Of a stretch of DNA of 64,000 nucleotides, positions 40,301-55,300 are shown piece after piece. Source of the DNA: Antedon mediterranea (lineage: Eukaryota > Animalia > Echinodermata); contig NC_092676.1 in assembly GCF_964355755.1 (NCBI RefSeq), positions 19,610,871 through 19,674,870 of the forward strand, given 5' to 3'. The notes below the pieces were generated by a model. The model was not told the origin of the DNA. It worked only from the letters and a program-made list of their open reading frames with translations, and made no database searches. The position numbers and the translations under genes are program-made. How positions within the stretch are numbered: the stretch's first letter is position 1; each line of letters opens with the position of its first letter.

Positions 40301-43300
40301 AGTTTTGGGTAACTGCACTAAAGGCTTAACCTTGGATAGAAGTACTGAATTCAGAAAATATGATAGTAGGTGACACAGACAACAATTGAAACAGGTGTCT
40401 TTATAGTAGTAAGATGCTTTAAAGCATGTAATAATATACATAATGTTTTAGCTATGATAGCGTGCGGCACTGTATTAGTTTGATCTTTTGGTAATAGGGT
40501 AGAAGTTCGAATCAGAAGACTTCCATTTTATATACATTTTTGTCACAAAAAAAATGTTCTTGACAGAAAATGTTATTCTTCTTTAGATAAAAGAAACAAT
40601 TTTTTTACTGCACTCAACATTTTGTGAATGATGATATATGATATAATGATATATCTACTTTTTTAGCTTATTCATTAACTAATTTGCTGTGCATTTGAAT
40701 TTTGTAAGACTTCAGAGTTTGGAGTTTATCAGGCTAATTTGGAATCTTGGCTACTTTTGCACAAAACTGTTATGTGGTGACGTTATAGTTCTTTGTGGAT
40801 GTGAAAACAAAGGCAAACTGTGACTATTTCTTAAACATGTATTCAATTAACAATCATGCACACTCGCAATTCTTATCTCAGTTTTTTCTTCAACATTTTA
40901 CTGTAACTTTACATTAATGCAAGGTTTAATTAACTTTTTTGATAAACTTTTTCTTTAAAAAGTGAAAGTTCATTGAACCAGGTCGTCCACATCCTTCTGT
41001 CTCATACAGTCTGTAGGTCATTAACCTTTGTAAATTGTCATGAACCATATCTGACCTGCTATATAACTATCTTTCCTTCCAGTATGCTACATAGATTACC
41101 TAATAAACTATTATTGTAGTATTGTTCAAGTTTGGGAAAACCTTGTAAAAGCTTGGGGAAGTTTCTGTTTTGTTTTTCTATAGTGCCTGGTACTGTATCT
41201 AGTACTTTTAAGAAGAGTTCAAGGAAGCTTACAATAGAAACTAAATTATTATACTATTTTTAGTTGAATAGTCATTAAACTTTATTTCAATGGAGCAGGA
41301 TGTTTTATTGATGCTACAATGATTTTTTCTCTTGTTCATCCCACCCATCATAATCGGGATTTACAACGAAATACGGGCATATCGCCCGGTATGGATCGTT
41401 TCTCATGCATAGTATTACATAAAATACTTTTAATCTATTTTGTTGTAGATTCAAAATATAACAATTCTGCATTTTTTGTTTGTTTTATTGATTTCCACAC
41501 ATTAGTAATAAGAATAACTATATTACTATAAACATCATACATTTAAGATTGATGTGTGGCTGATTGGAAAATAAATTTGAAGAACTTTAAGGCTTACCAA
41601 CCAGAAAAAGATACATAATCTATAATGACGAGTAAAGATGTACATTTAGTATGGTCAATTTAATAATAAGTTTAAAAAAAATACCATGTGTGTACGTGTA
41701 TATCTATCAACTTTAGCAATCAGTACAATTTAAATCATTAAATAGGCCTACACAAAAAAAACGAAGCACGAAAAAAAGAAATAAAACTAATAAAAAAAAT
41801 TAAATAAGTCTACTAAAAGCGTCATACCCAAAATGTGATGCACTCAGGCAGTCAGATTATGCTGAGTCACTCAAATAATGATTATTTTCATAGTTTGCCC
41901 TCATCATCGTGGTCACAGAAGATCACGTTTATGCCTCTAGAACTATCTTCAGTGACATAAGATTACAAAAGGGTGCGGTAGCACATAATTCCACTTCTTG
42001 ATTAGAAACAACGAAGAAATGTCCTCATCTTAAAAATGTCCTCATTTCAATGACATAGCCCTCGACTCCAAGGCAATAACCTTTGTAATTTGTCGGTTTT
42101 TTTCACCTTGCTTTTAATTTTCAAAAGCAAAAGGTCATTTGAAATGTATTTCTGTGAAAAAAAGAAGCAAATTACATTTATCTCTATGACCTTTAAACTA
42201 TGGTAATTACTAATTTTTAATATAGCCTTGTCTTAGATTACCAAAAAGCCTTCCATTAGTACCTTTATAACCCTGCAAGGTTTCTTATGTTATCAAGTTT
42301 TTATGTTTTTTCATTTCCATACTGCATATTGTCCTTCAAGATGTTTAGAAATCTCTCATGAAGGCATTATACCTTTCTGAAAGTTATATACATTGTATGT
42401 AAACAATATTTTAGTAGAATTGCTGATCAGAATCATATCAGAGTTAAGCAACTGATATAAATGCTTCTGCGTGTCCTAAAATCTGATGTAAATCAGATAT
42501 TTCTCGGTCAACCGATTGAAGCACTGTTTTTATTAACTCTGATAAATGAAAGAGCGTGTAAACATTAAAAATTGTCTGATATTTTATTTGATAAAGTTGA
42601 CGATTGTGGCCGTAAACAAAGGATACTGTGCATTATAATAAAGATAACTCGCACACATCTGATATTTAGTTAAGCCTTATAAAACAGTCTCGTCGAAATG
42701 TCCTACGGTAACTACATTTGGCAGTTTTTATTGACCACACGGTAGACTGTTTCACTGCATTTGTATAGCTTGTCACGGATTGTAAGTTGTAACTACAATT
42801 GACAAATCAAATGGACCAACGTATCAGCAAATGGCCGAATAACATTATCAATGTTGTAATTTGATGTTTAAATCCATAGTTCATATCCTATGAAATCCCG
42901 AGGGAGAATCCGATGAACCCATGATAATGATTCATATTATCCTATCAGTTTTGGGAATATAAATGGAACATAAAAAAAATTTGCAGATTCATAGTTTTCT
43001 TTTAAAATGTTACCTTTGGATACTACACACAGAAACTGCACATGTGCAACTTTTTATATTTCTGTGGCTCAGTAACAAAATACATTTATTGAGTGTGAAC
43101 AAGAGCACTACTGATCCTGAAGATAATTATAATGTTGGACTGTGATTTCACAAAGAAAAGAAAAACAGATTTTGTTTCCCTTTTTAGTTCCAAAATGTTA
43201 AAAAGACACGTTTGTTGAAGTCTTTTTGATCGGTGAAAAATAGAATTGTGGTTGTTTTATGTTATGAAACTTTAAAAACTTCATAAATTGTGCACTGCAA

Positions 43301-46300
43301 TGCTTATTTACTGTACAAAGTAAAAATAAATGTTAAAAAGACATGTTTTGTTGAAGTATTTTTGATTAGTGAAAAAATGAATTGAAACTAAATTAAATAC
43401 ATAAACATATTTACTATTATTTACTGTTCAAAGTAAAAATAATTAAATTTGTGCTTCAGTATTGAAGAGTTTGAAATCTCAGCTTAATTAACTAATAGTT
43501 TACAATGAAGTCCATTCATACAGTATTGTGTATTGTGTCTAAAAAAAGGTTTAATGAGTGATATTGTGTACATAATGTAAGCAAGAGATATATTTATGAA
43601 TGTTCTGTTTCTTAACGAAGGTCATACATTTCTGTAAATTACGCTCTTAATAATTTGTGTTTTAATCACCTATCGACTTAGTATTCATAAAGTTCAACCT
43701 AATATAGACATAATAGTCAGCCAATCAATATAAAAAATTGTATAGTGTTAATCATTTTAATTCGCACATCTCTAAGCACATCCGATTAATTGAATAAGTA
43801 TGACTTATGACAATATAATATAATAGTATTACTTTATATCACTTTTTTAGCTTTGTATTTTATTTAAGTGTCATTTTTGTTCTTTGTGTTTTTTTTATTA
43901 AAGTTGTACATTTTTTCAAGCTTTGCCTTTGTTGTACGTCCTCCATCTTAATATTGTATTTTTGTGAATATGATATGGAAATAAAGATTGATTGTTTGAA
44001 ATATGTGTATATACTTACATAAACTATGTTTCTTAAAGGACCACTTCCATCCAGATACATTCCTTATTGCCAATATTGACTGATATAAATTTGAAGTGTG
44101 GAAGTGTTTAGGTAGAAGAGTTGGTCAAGAAAGTACCTGTCTGTGGAAGTGTTTAGGCGGCAGAGTTTGGAAAAGAAAGTACCTGTCTGTGGAAGTGTTT
44201 TAGGTGAAATAGTTTATAAAAGAAGTACTGTCTGTGAAAGTGTTTAGATGACATACAATAGTTGCTTTAACAGAAGTACAGCACCTGTATGTGGAATTGT
44301 TTAGGTGGAAAAGTGTGTAGTGGAATTGCTCTTTGTTGAAGTGTTTAGGTGGGAGAGTTGGTATGGAAGTACTGTGCCTGGAAGTGTTTAGGTGGAATAG
44401 TTTATAAAAGAAGTACTGTCTGTGGAAGTGTTTAGGTGGAAAAGTGTATATTGGAAGTGCTGTTTGTTGAAGTGTTTAGGTAGAAAAGTGTGTAGTGGAA
44501 GTTCTGTCTGTGAAAGTGTTTAGTTGGAAAAGTGTGTAGTGAAAGTGCTGTCTCTGGAAGTGTTTAGGTAGAAAAGTGTGTAGTGGAAGTACTGTTTGTC
44601 GAAGTGTTTAGGTGGAAAAATGTATAGTGGAAGTACTGTCTGTGGAAGTGTTTAGGTAGAAAAGTGTGTAGTGGAAGTACTGTTTGTCGAAGTGTTTAGG
44701 TAGAAAAGTGTGTAGTGGAAGTACTGTTTGTCGAAGTGTTTAGGTGGAAAAATGTATAGTGGAAGTACTGTCTGTGGAAGTGTTTAGGTAGAAAAGTGTG
44801 TAGTGAAAGTGCTGTCTCTGGAAATGTTAAGTTGGGAGAGTTTGTTATGACAGTACTATGTTTGAAAGTGTTTAGACAGAAGTTTAGATGGAAATCTGTG
44901 TACAGTATTTGAAGTGTAGCACATTACAGTTTTGAAGGGAAATTTTTATTTCTTTATTACCAATAAAGCGTGGTTCCCACTAGCGACGCAACACAAGAAC
45001 GTAACGCAACGCAAGTGAATTAACCAATTACAAGCGATGGCTTATTTGCTTATGATTGCTAACTGTCTATAACTTCGCTTGTCATTGGTTAAAACGCTTG
45101 CGTTGCGTTTACGTCCTTGCGTTACGTTCTAGTGGGAACCAAGCTTAACCAGTATGAGATAGAAATATCATGTCAATGGCATCTGAAATTCTACAAATCT
45201 ACAAAGATGTTGTTGAGCTGACTCTACCTTTGCAAAATCAACAAATTTGTATCAAGCTAGGTACTGTAAAAAAATTACTAGGGTTGCTTGGCCATCATTT
45301 TTCTTAGTCTCTTAGTCATTTCATCCCATGAGCTTAAGATTGCTAACCTTTTGTTAAAGGTAATATTCTCAAAGGGGACGTTTTTACACAAATGTACATT
45401 ATATGAGTAAACGGTCAATGTGACTTTGCATCATTTGTCAGCCACTGCAACATGAATAATGTTTTTAGTTTTTTGTTAAGTTATCCAAAAATAGAAACAA
45501 AGTTCAAATAGCACACAAGTGGAACATATTTCAAACCGTTTTACATAGAGGGAACTATAACTGTGACCATGACTAATGAGAATTTCTTAATAAATCTGAT
45601 AATTAATTTCACCTAAGAGGTTATGTTTTGATCCCTGGTTTTTGTGTGTGTGTTTCTAAAATTGTTTTTTGAAAGGTTTGGTTTTCCACACAAAACAATT
45701 CATTGGTTTTTGGTTATTATCTAGGATCTTATAAACATGAATACAAAAACTATACTATAATACCAATATCAAGAATTCAATTCAATTCAAAAGACAATTT
45801 ATTTTCGTCCAACAGACAATAGATAAAAAAACAGTAATGACAGATTGGGTATATTGATAAAAAAGAATGACACTATGTTGATACCACTGTATTGATAAAC
45901 AGTAGTGAGTATATATTAATAGGTATGACTTTTTGTTTCTTATAGGATCTTCAGTCGGAGGCCGACAGAATCTGCCAGACCAACATAATAGTGTGTACCC
46001 CTGGAAGGCTACTACAGCATATGGATGAAACCCCAAATTTTGATTGTTCAAATTTAAAAGTCCTTGGTAAGACCAATTACTGCATTGTTGAAGTAGTTAT
46101 TTTCCAAAACAATTATTCATTTGAACAGCAGAATTCCACTGATATATGGTAACGTTGACAGGGAATGGATTCTACTAATCAAACCATCAGTTTTATGATT
46201 GTCATGTGACTAACATTGACCAATCAAATGCCAACATGTTATATAATCTATAATATTTAAGAGATTCTAGGAAAAATATAATGCGCACATACTCAGCCAA

Positions 46301-49300
46301 TCAAAATGTAGAGTATATTGTTTATGAGGTATATTTTCATAAAATTTTAGTCATAATTCAACATTAACAATAAATTACCCACATGCATTTATTACAGATA
46401 AAACACTTGTTTTATACAAGTGTACCAGAACATTTTGCAGAAAGTTGTGCATTCATTCATGGAATGAATATATTAATTTGTATGTTTACTTTAAAAATCA
46501 GCAAATTATTTTAAAGGTTTTTTGGTAACTTTTAGAGCATATACATTATAAGAATATGTTTTTAATTAAATAATCAATTAAAAGTAGTATTGTAGTCTCA
46601 ATATAATATAATCAAAATACTGTACAAATTCATATAGATTTACTTTGTTTACAACATAAAATTCGTAATGAATGAAATTAGTTTCCCTCATTTGTGCCCT
46701 TGTATTCGATGCTTGATAACAATGAAATTTGTCTTAATTACTACTTTCTTTATCGCTACAGATATTTATAATTATAAAGCTTTTGTCATTTCAGTTCTCG
46801 ATGAGGCTGATCGAATTCTTGACCTTGGATTTGAGAAAACCATGAATGCAATTATAGAGAACATACCTAACGAACGACAGACAATGTTGTTCTCAGCCAC
46901 ACAAACTAAGTACGAGTTGCCTAATTGCACGAAAATAATTTGTTTCTTAATTCAGGATCAAAATAATATACATAGCTACGCTCGCGCTAAGGTCAAATTT
47001 TCGTTCGCCAAAGTGGCGAAAGGTTTTGAAAAACATTAGCCAAATTGAAAATCCTTTAGCCAAATTTAAAAAACCATAAAAATTCGCAAAAATGTTTATT
47101 AAATAAATAATGCATGTATTTGTTTGTTATTTTACTTCTTTTACATTTATATTATTATTAGGTATCCCAATGAAGCTGATTTTCGTTACCGCGATTTTAA
47201 CACGTTCGTGAAATTTCAAAAAGTGACGTGTCTTTGAAGTTAAAAATATACTATTTCTTATGTACCCATGAGAATAAAAATTATATGCCTGGAAAGATCT
47301 TGTTTAAGGGATTATTTTTATATATTTTTAATCTATGTTTATTAAATATTTTAATAGAAAACGCGAGTTAAAAATGAGGTACAAAAGCCGGCGAGCCGAA
47401 ATCTGCGCGCTAAAAATAACTTTGGAAAACACCTACCCATTTTCGCACCCGATCGCACGAGGTCCTTAATAGGTGGTGGAGTAATTTTTGTTGCATGTTA
47501 TCAGGCTTTAAATACTCTTTATTTTGATATGGAAATCGGTTATTATTATTATGTACATCCGCCTCATATGTCAATTTTAACGATAAAAATTCAATTTTTG
47601 AGTCTTTCTCATTATCAAAATCTGGCTAATTTAGTATTGAATTAAAGCTAATTTATATTTCTGTTTGATAAACCACATCGTTTTATTTGACTTTGCGTGG
47701 ACCTGGTGCGAAGAAACCAACAAGACCAACCACTGAAAAAAATAATCCCTACCATAAATATCAGTGTTTACCATTTTCCTTACGGGGGATTCAGTTCTCC
47801 GCTTATTACTAAATTACCGTCGCCCAGGCAATGTGCATGGTATGCATGTATTAGCGCGTTAATTAATGATTGGATAACCCCCGCAGTGGACTGTTCCATT
47901 TTCTGAACTAGTCTTCGCCGCACACGAGGCATGTCGAAAAATGTCGCCTCTCATCATAGAATATTTGCTTCGAAACGTCAACTTTACCGATTTATTAAAT
48001 TATTTAATAAGTGGAATATTTATCAATCTATTATATAAAACAAGTACGTTAGGAAGAAATGTACCGCAGAAATTTAAGAAGCTTTGAATTTGCTATGCAG
48101 CGGCCGTAACCCATTCTATGGGCCGAAACGCGCTTTGGCCAGGGTTGCCGTTGTAGTATACGTTGTTTCTTAGCTATTCAATTTAAAGCGCAACTTTCGG
48201 TTAGAATAATCAAAATGGAAATAAAATTAAACATGTTAACATTATACTATTGAGGTAAATACTTTGTTAAATTTAAAATTCCCCTTTTTAAATAACAGAA
48301 CAGCCTCGTTTACGGAAGTATTCGTCCACATGTTTCTGTTTACATTTTCTTCTTGAAGTTCATTTTCTACGTCGAAGAATAGGGACTTCCCCTTTATTCG
48401 CTCATCATCACGTCGACGACGACCGGCCACGAACCAATCACATTAACTGTGTGTCATTAAAACGTCATCGAGGCACGCTCTGCGCATGTTTAAACAGAAC
48501 TAAAAAAATGAACACGGCGATCGTGACGTCGTCACATAAAATGCTGTGGTGGTAAAAAGTGTACCCGAGTCAGAAAGTACTGAAGTGTGGCGAATTCTCG
48601 CTCCCATAGAAGTCACGCCGACCAGGCTAGGCCTAGGCTTTGAAATGTATTTTCGCCAATTTGGCGAACGAGGCAATAATTATTTTCGCCAAATGGAGAC
48701 TCCAGTCGCCATTGGCGAATTGGCGAGCGGTTAGCGCGAGCGTAGCATAGCATATCAAATGATTTTATGAATTAAGGATTTTAAATAATACATTCTTGCA
48801 TTTCATGTTTAAAAATGGAGAAAAGAGAAATATCTGTAATGTGTTTGCATAGAACATAGTTAAAGCTGATTTGAATCAAATCCCAGTTACAACTGAATAG
48901 TGCCTGTGTTATCCGTTGACTCTCTAAACCTTTTAACTAATATCTCATACTTAAATAATAATCTGTTACATTAATTTTTTTATATTTGTAGATCTGTACG
49001 TGATCTTGCCAGGCTTAGCTTGACAGACCCAAAGTTTATTTCAGTGCATCATCACCATGAATTCAGCACTCCAGTACAGTTAGAACAGGTATGCCATTCA
49101 AATTTTATGACAAAATCAAGAACATGTGGTAATCTGTCTTTCCTTTCTTATTTTCTTTGCTTCAGACTGTTGGTGCCAAACATCATATCTCCTCCTCTGT
49201 ATACAGGCTTTCGCACAGTTTGAGAGACTTGAGATTGTCCATTCACTTTGATTCAGACTGTTTGTGCCCAACATCGTAAACCTTCTCCTCTGTATACAGC

Positions 49301-52300
49301 CTTTCGCACACAGTTTGTGAGACTTGAGATGGCACATTTCCTTTGTTTCAGACTGTTTGTGCCCAAAATCGAAAACCTTCTCCTCTGTGTACAGGCTTCT
49401 GCACATAGTTTGTTAGAATTGAGATGACTCATTTTCTTTGCTTCAGACTTTTGTTACCCAATATCATAAACCTTCTCCTCTGTGTACAGGCTTCTGCACA
49501 CAGCTTGAGAAACTTAAGATGGCCCATTCTCTTTGTTTCAGACTGGTGGTGCCCAATATCATATCACCACCTCTGTGTACAGACTTCTGCACACAGCTTG
49601 TGATACTTGAGATGTTTGTTTCAGAGTGTTGGTGCCCAACATCATAAACCTTCTCCTCTGTATAGGCTTCTGCACATAGTTTGTGCGACTTGAGATGGCT
49701 CATTCTCTTTGCTTCATTCAAACTTTTGTTGCCCAACGTCATAAACCTTCTCTGAGCACAGGTTTTTAATTTGAATTTGACATGAAATTGTCCTTTCTCC
49801 TTCTGGTTGTTAATTCCCAACATCACGAATCCCCCTGTTTAGGAATCTGTATACAGCTATCTGCCAATTATTTCATTGCTTCTTGTTTTCCTCAATCCTA
49901 TCTCTACTTGTCCTTCACAAAGGATAAAACCATTTTTATGTTCCTTCTCAATATGAGGAAGGACATGTACAGGATGCTAATGACGTTAATAAGGACAAAT
50001 GATAATTGTTGCAATGCTGATTATGTTGTAGGGTTTCAGTAATTAGTCCTCTCGGATGTTGTTCCCATTGGGATGCGACACAATAATATCAAAACACAGA
50101 GTGCATAAATACGGCCTTGCTCATTACTAGTGAAGTTGCTGTCTTAAAATGGGAATTGTGGCTTTCTTTATGCAAGACGCAACGCTGCAAATTGTGTTTA
50201 CAGTAACCTTTTTGGTGCAGAAGGTGTTGCGTTGCCATGAAGTAGGCTATCTAGTGGGAACCATGTTTAAGGGATTGGCTGTGTTAAAATCATATTTCTT
50301 TTATGTCATTGTAAGGTGTTCCTCTTTATGTAGGTGTAACATTTATTTAAGGGTTCTCTTTTATGAATTCTTCTGAGAGTTGAAGGGAGCTGGGTGTGTT
50401 TTTCTATAATAATATTTAGTAAACTATTTGAGTTCCAACAGTGTCACATTATATCTGTTTATTGTTTCATTTGACTGATCATGTGAAAGAATGTATACAT
50501 TTATTCATTCATTACATACAATTTCATAATTAAACATCTATTTATAGATATTCAGGGTCACATTTAGTAGTGTGAAGAAGCACCTTTTCACATGATGATT
50601 GAGAGAACGGCATAGTGCTCAGTAAAATTGCAAAGTTGAAAAAACAAAATCATTGGAATACTTTACTTCCACTTCGTAGCAGTAAAAATGATTACATAAT
50701 TGTTAGTAAGGTTATATAACTAGAGAATCTAAATGATGATTTATTCATGGTGAGATTCTTCATTAATTCTATGCTATCTCCATATTCCAATATACTATTC
50801 TACCATTGAATATATATTCATCAATTACAATCTGTTCAATATCGAGCGTAAACTAAGTTGTTCGTGGGTGCCATGTAGCCTTTTTGTCTCTCAAACCAAG
50901 GCTAGAAATAAAGACGCAATATTAACATTGATGTTTAAATAGAAGTCTTAATATACTCGGAGTTGAACGTCCTACTACTTGAGTAACATTACTCTGAACT
51001 TAGCCTTTAATAGTTCATGGACACCGCAGTGATCAATAATAACTTTGCTTCTATCCAATAATAAACCATGTGCAACAATTACTTTATACGACCTTGATTG
51101 TAAGACATTTAATAAATGACTGATAACATTGTTAAATACTCGCTTGAGCAATATGTTCATTTTTTTTGCATTTCATTCTCGTGTAGATTCCACTATGGAG
51201 AAAGATTGAAAATTTTGAATAAAACTATTCAGATTTTGTTTTCATAAATTATGCTATTAAACTAAAGTGTTGTTTTGAGTGTAGGAAATTTTTACCATAT
51301 TTGGTTCGAATTTTTTAACATCATCAGTCAAATTAACAAGCACTTTTTATAGAAGTACCTCTGGAACACCCATATTATGGGGATACTATGTTTTAACACT
51401 GTAGCTAAACTCTATTCAGGGGACACCCCTATTAAGGGAAAACTTTCCTTGGAAACAGACTAGAGGGAAATATGTTTTAATACTACGTCTTAACTCTATT
51501 CAGGGGACACACCTATTAAGGGAAAACTTTCCTTGGAAACGGACGAGAGGCAAAATATGTTTTAATACTACGGCTAAACTCTATTCAGAGGACAACTCTA
51601 TTCAGAGGACACCTCTATTAAGAGAAAACTTTCCTGGAAAACAGACGAGAATCAAAATATGTTTTAATACTACCGCTAAACTCTATTCAGGGGACAACCT
51701 ATTAAGGGAAAACTTTCCTGGAAAACAGACGAGAATCAGAATATGTTTTAATACTACGGCTAAACTCTATTCAGGGGACACCCCTATTAAGGAAAAACTT
51801 TCCTTGGAAACGGACGAGAGGCAAAATATGTTTTGATACTACGGCTAAACTCTATTCAGGGGACACCCCTATTAAGAGAAAACTTTCCTGAAAAACAGAC
51901 GAGAATCAAAATATGTTTTAATACTACGGCTAAACTCTATTCAGAGGACACACCTATTAAGGGAAAACTCTCCTGGGAAACAGACGAAAATCAAAATATG
52001 TTTTAATACTACGGCTAAACTCTATTCAGAGGACACCCCTATTAAGGGAAAAATTTCCTGGGAAACAGACGAGAATCAAAATATGTTTTAATACTACGGC
52101 TAAACTCTATTCAGAGGACACACCTATTAAGGGAAAACTTTCCTGGGAAACAGACGAGAATCAAAATATGTTTTAATACTACGGCTAAACTCTATTCAGA
52201 GGACACCCCTATTATTAGGGAAAACTTTCCTTGGAAACGGACGAGAATCAAAATATGTTTTAATACTACGGCTAAACTCTATTCAGAGGACACCCCTATT

Positions 52301-55300
52301 AGGGAAAACTTTCCTTGGAAACGGACGAGAATCAAAATATGTTTTAATACTACGGCTAAACTCTATTCAGGGGACATCCTATTTAGGGAAAACTTTCCTG
52401 GAAAACAGACGAGAATCAAAATATGTTTTAATACTACGGCTAAACTCTATTCAGGGGACACACCTATTAAGGGAAAACTTTCCTGGAAAACAGACGAGAA
52501 TCAAAATATGTTTTGGGTCGTCCCCTTGATAGGGGTTCTACTATATGTACGCATCCTGGTATTTATTCTCGTACAAGATACGTATTATAATAGAGTATGC
52601 AGAGTTGTATTCACCACTTATTATCCATTGGTATGTTTGAATTTGTAAGCAGAGCAAAAAAATTCAAAAAGTTAGGTTTCCAAAATTTGCATATGAAAGT
52701 AGTTGTTTATTCAAACAATGTTTACATTTTCATCACTAACTAAAAACAGAGAATGAGTGAGATTACATCATTGCTTTTAAATTGATCACGATCTTGTAAA
52801 CATGTTCGTCAATGAACGAATCCATAGTAAGTTGAGGATGAGTTCAACAACAGATGCGGATTAGGAGACAATCATGCGTGTACAAAGCGCTTAATTAGTC
52901 GTCTTCCGGTAATCGTAAGAGTACAAAAACATCAAGATTAATACTTACTTCCTGACAACAAATTAATCCTTTTTTTAAAAAAGCATTTAAAACCGAAAAA
53001 AATATATATTTATCATCTTGAAATTTTGAATGTTAACTTATTGCTTAAATTTAAATTTCATAAAAGAATGTAAAAAAATAAAAAAATATTCCTACACCTG
53101 TGCTTTTCCTCAGCCTTATATTATTATAATTGAGAAATACAAGGCTCAGAATTCGATAATGTAATAATAAAATAATTAAATGAATAAATAATAACGTAAA
53201 TTAATGACCTAGTCGACTGAGTAATATACGTATAATGGAGCCAATTGTAATACTTGATGTCAATATGATGACACTTCATATTCTAATTTTATCAGGGAAA
53301 CAATTTCTACTTATTTTTTTTACCAGAGTTTTTTTTTCCAATGAAATTTGTTGATTATTGAAATGTAATCTGTATAACCTTCGATCATAATCTAATAATC
53401 CAAAAAGTATAAGGCCTATTTAGTTGTACGCGATGTCAACATATATTAAAGATTATAGAGTGTTCTCAAAATGTGTGAAACGTGTATTTGTATCTACAAT
53501 TGCTACTCTATCATTGCCAAATTCTGTGATAAAGTGTCACATGTGAGACCAGCAACATTTACAAAACTTGTTTTTTCTTAGCAAGATAATGTTAAAACAT
53601 TAAAGCTGATAAAATACATTTAAAATACAAATAAAGTACAGACAGTACTAATAAAAATTACATTTAAAGTACTTTGAAAAAATATATATAAAAAAATATT
53701 ATAAATTGATTGACTATATATGACACTGATGAAGGGCTAGTGTTGCCCGAAAACTCTGCTAATTTTTCTGGCTGTTTTACTTTATCATTTGATCTAGCTT
53801 TTTGCTTATTTTATTTTGTAGTATCTCCATTGAGATCCAGTCACTGATACCCATAGCATTGTCATTTTGCCTTTAAATTTATAAAATACTATATATATTT
53901 AAATTAATTGTAAAAACATTTTGCGCCCAGCACCATTAAAGCTTGGGGTGTCTTATATTAAGCTTGGTTCCCACTAGAACGTAACGCAAGGACGTAAACG
54001 CAACGCAAGCGTTTTAACCAATGACAAGCAAAGTTATAGACAGTTAGCAATCACAGGCGAATAAGCCATCGCTTGTGATTGGTCAATTCACTTGCGTTGC
54101 GTTACGTCCTTGTGTTGCGTCGTTAGTGGAAACCACGCTTACAAATCCTTACATGTGAATAATTTCTATGACCGGTTATTGACATGATATTATAATTTTT
54201 AATGATACAAAAGTATGTTTATTGAATCTCAAAGACCAATACAATGAACAGCCTGCGTTTAAAAGCCTATTTATATATTTGAAATAAAAATGAATGCAAT
54301 TTCCTACCTACAGCCATAGGCTGATATAAATAGCGTTATAAGAAATTAACAAAGGAAAATGATCTTTGCAGTTGCTACTAGTGAATAGATTAGTATTTCA
54401 AAATATATATGTAGTTGGTTGAATAATTGGTATATTATGTTTTCTGAGAAACATCTTTCAATGAATGAATGAAAATATTTTCTCCATTTTGTATTAAATG
54501 CCTACTGTTAGTAAACTAAATATTATTTAAATTCAAATAAATAGCTGTTTCCATTTGAATCGAAAAAGTCCAAGACTCGTGCAAACATTTTTCACTCAGA
54601 TTTTAGCAGTAGGAGCAGATACAGTTGGGTTTTCCCATCATGCAATATTCTGGCCAACTGTATTGCATCAATTTCAACTTGAGTTGTTGAGATGTTATGT
54701 TGTATGTCACATGATTCAAAATCAACCAATCAAATGACAGGAAGGTGTATTTGAATTTTTCACTTCTATTAAACTGTTCCTGAACTTGGTAAACTTTGTA
54801 TTGGAAAATCATGCATTTTAAAGATTTTTATGTAAACTTTTAGACATTATATTTTAAACATGTGGTTATGTGGTAAATGCTGTCTGGATATCTTAGTGAA
54901 ATAATCCCTGTCAAAATTTGTTACATTTTTTATAAGCTCAATCGGATATTCAGTTTCATGACCTTAAAAAATGTTCCTCTATCCTCCTTGTGACTAGGAC
55001 AATGAACGACATGACTTTGCTGGAAAATGAATTCAATTTCCTGCAATTTAAGCAAAATTATAAATGTGGTTTATCATAATATCTCTATGGATTTATCAAC
55101 AGTGAATAAATTATGTTTTGTCTTTCGTTTAATGGTAGTTAGTTTAATTTAGAGGAAATACAAACTATATTGTATACTGATGTGATTAGATTAAAGATGG
55201 CTATTAAAGATAAGTGAAAATTACAGTAAGTATACGTTTATTCATGATAAGTTACAATAAAGCTGATATCAATATGCTAAAGCTATACAGTACAAAATAA

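Noticed and set aside
48242-48734. Short ORFs inside the 1.77-kb transposon
   Set aside because: Non-ATG starts and no transposase motifs.
49116-49826. ORFs of 96-120 aa with repeated Cys/His motifs
   Set aside because: They are translations of the 95-bp minisatellite.
51386-52514. CRISPR-like regular array (also 49150-49765 and 44093-44880)
   Set aside because: Whole units repeat with no unique spacers, there are no cas genes, and the context is a eukaryotic intron.
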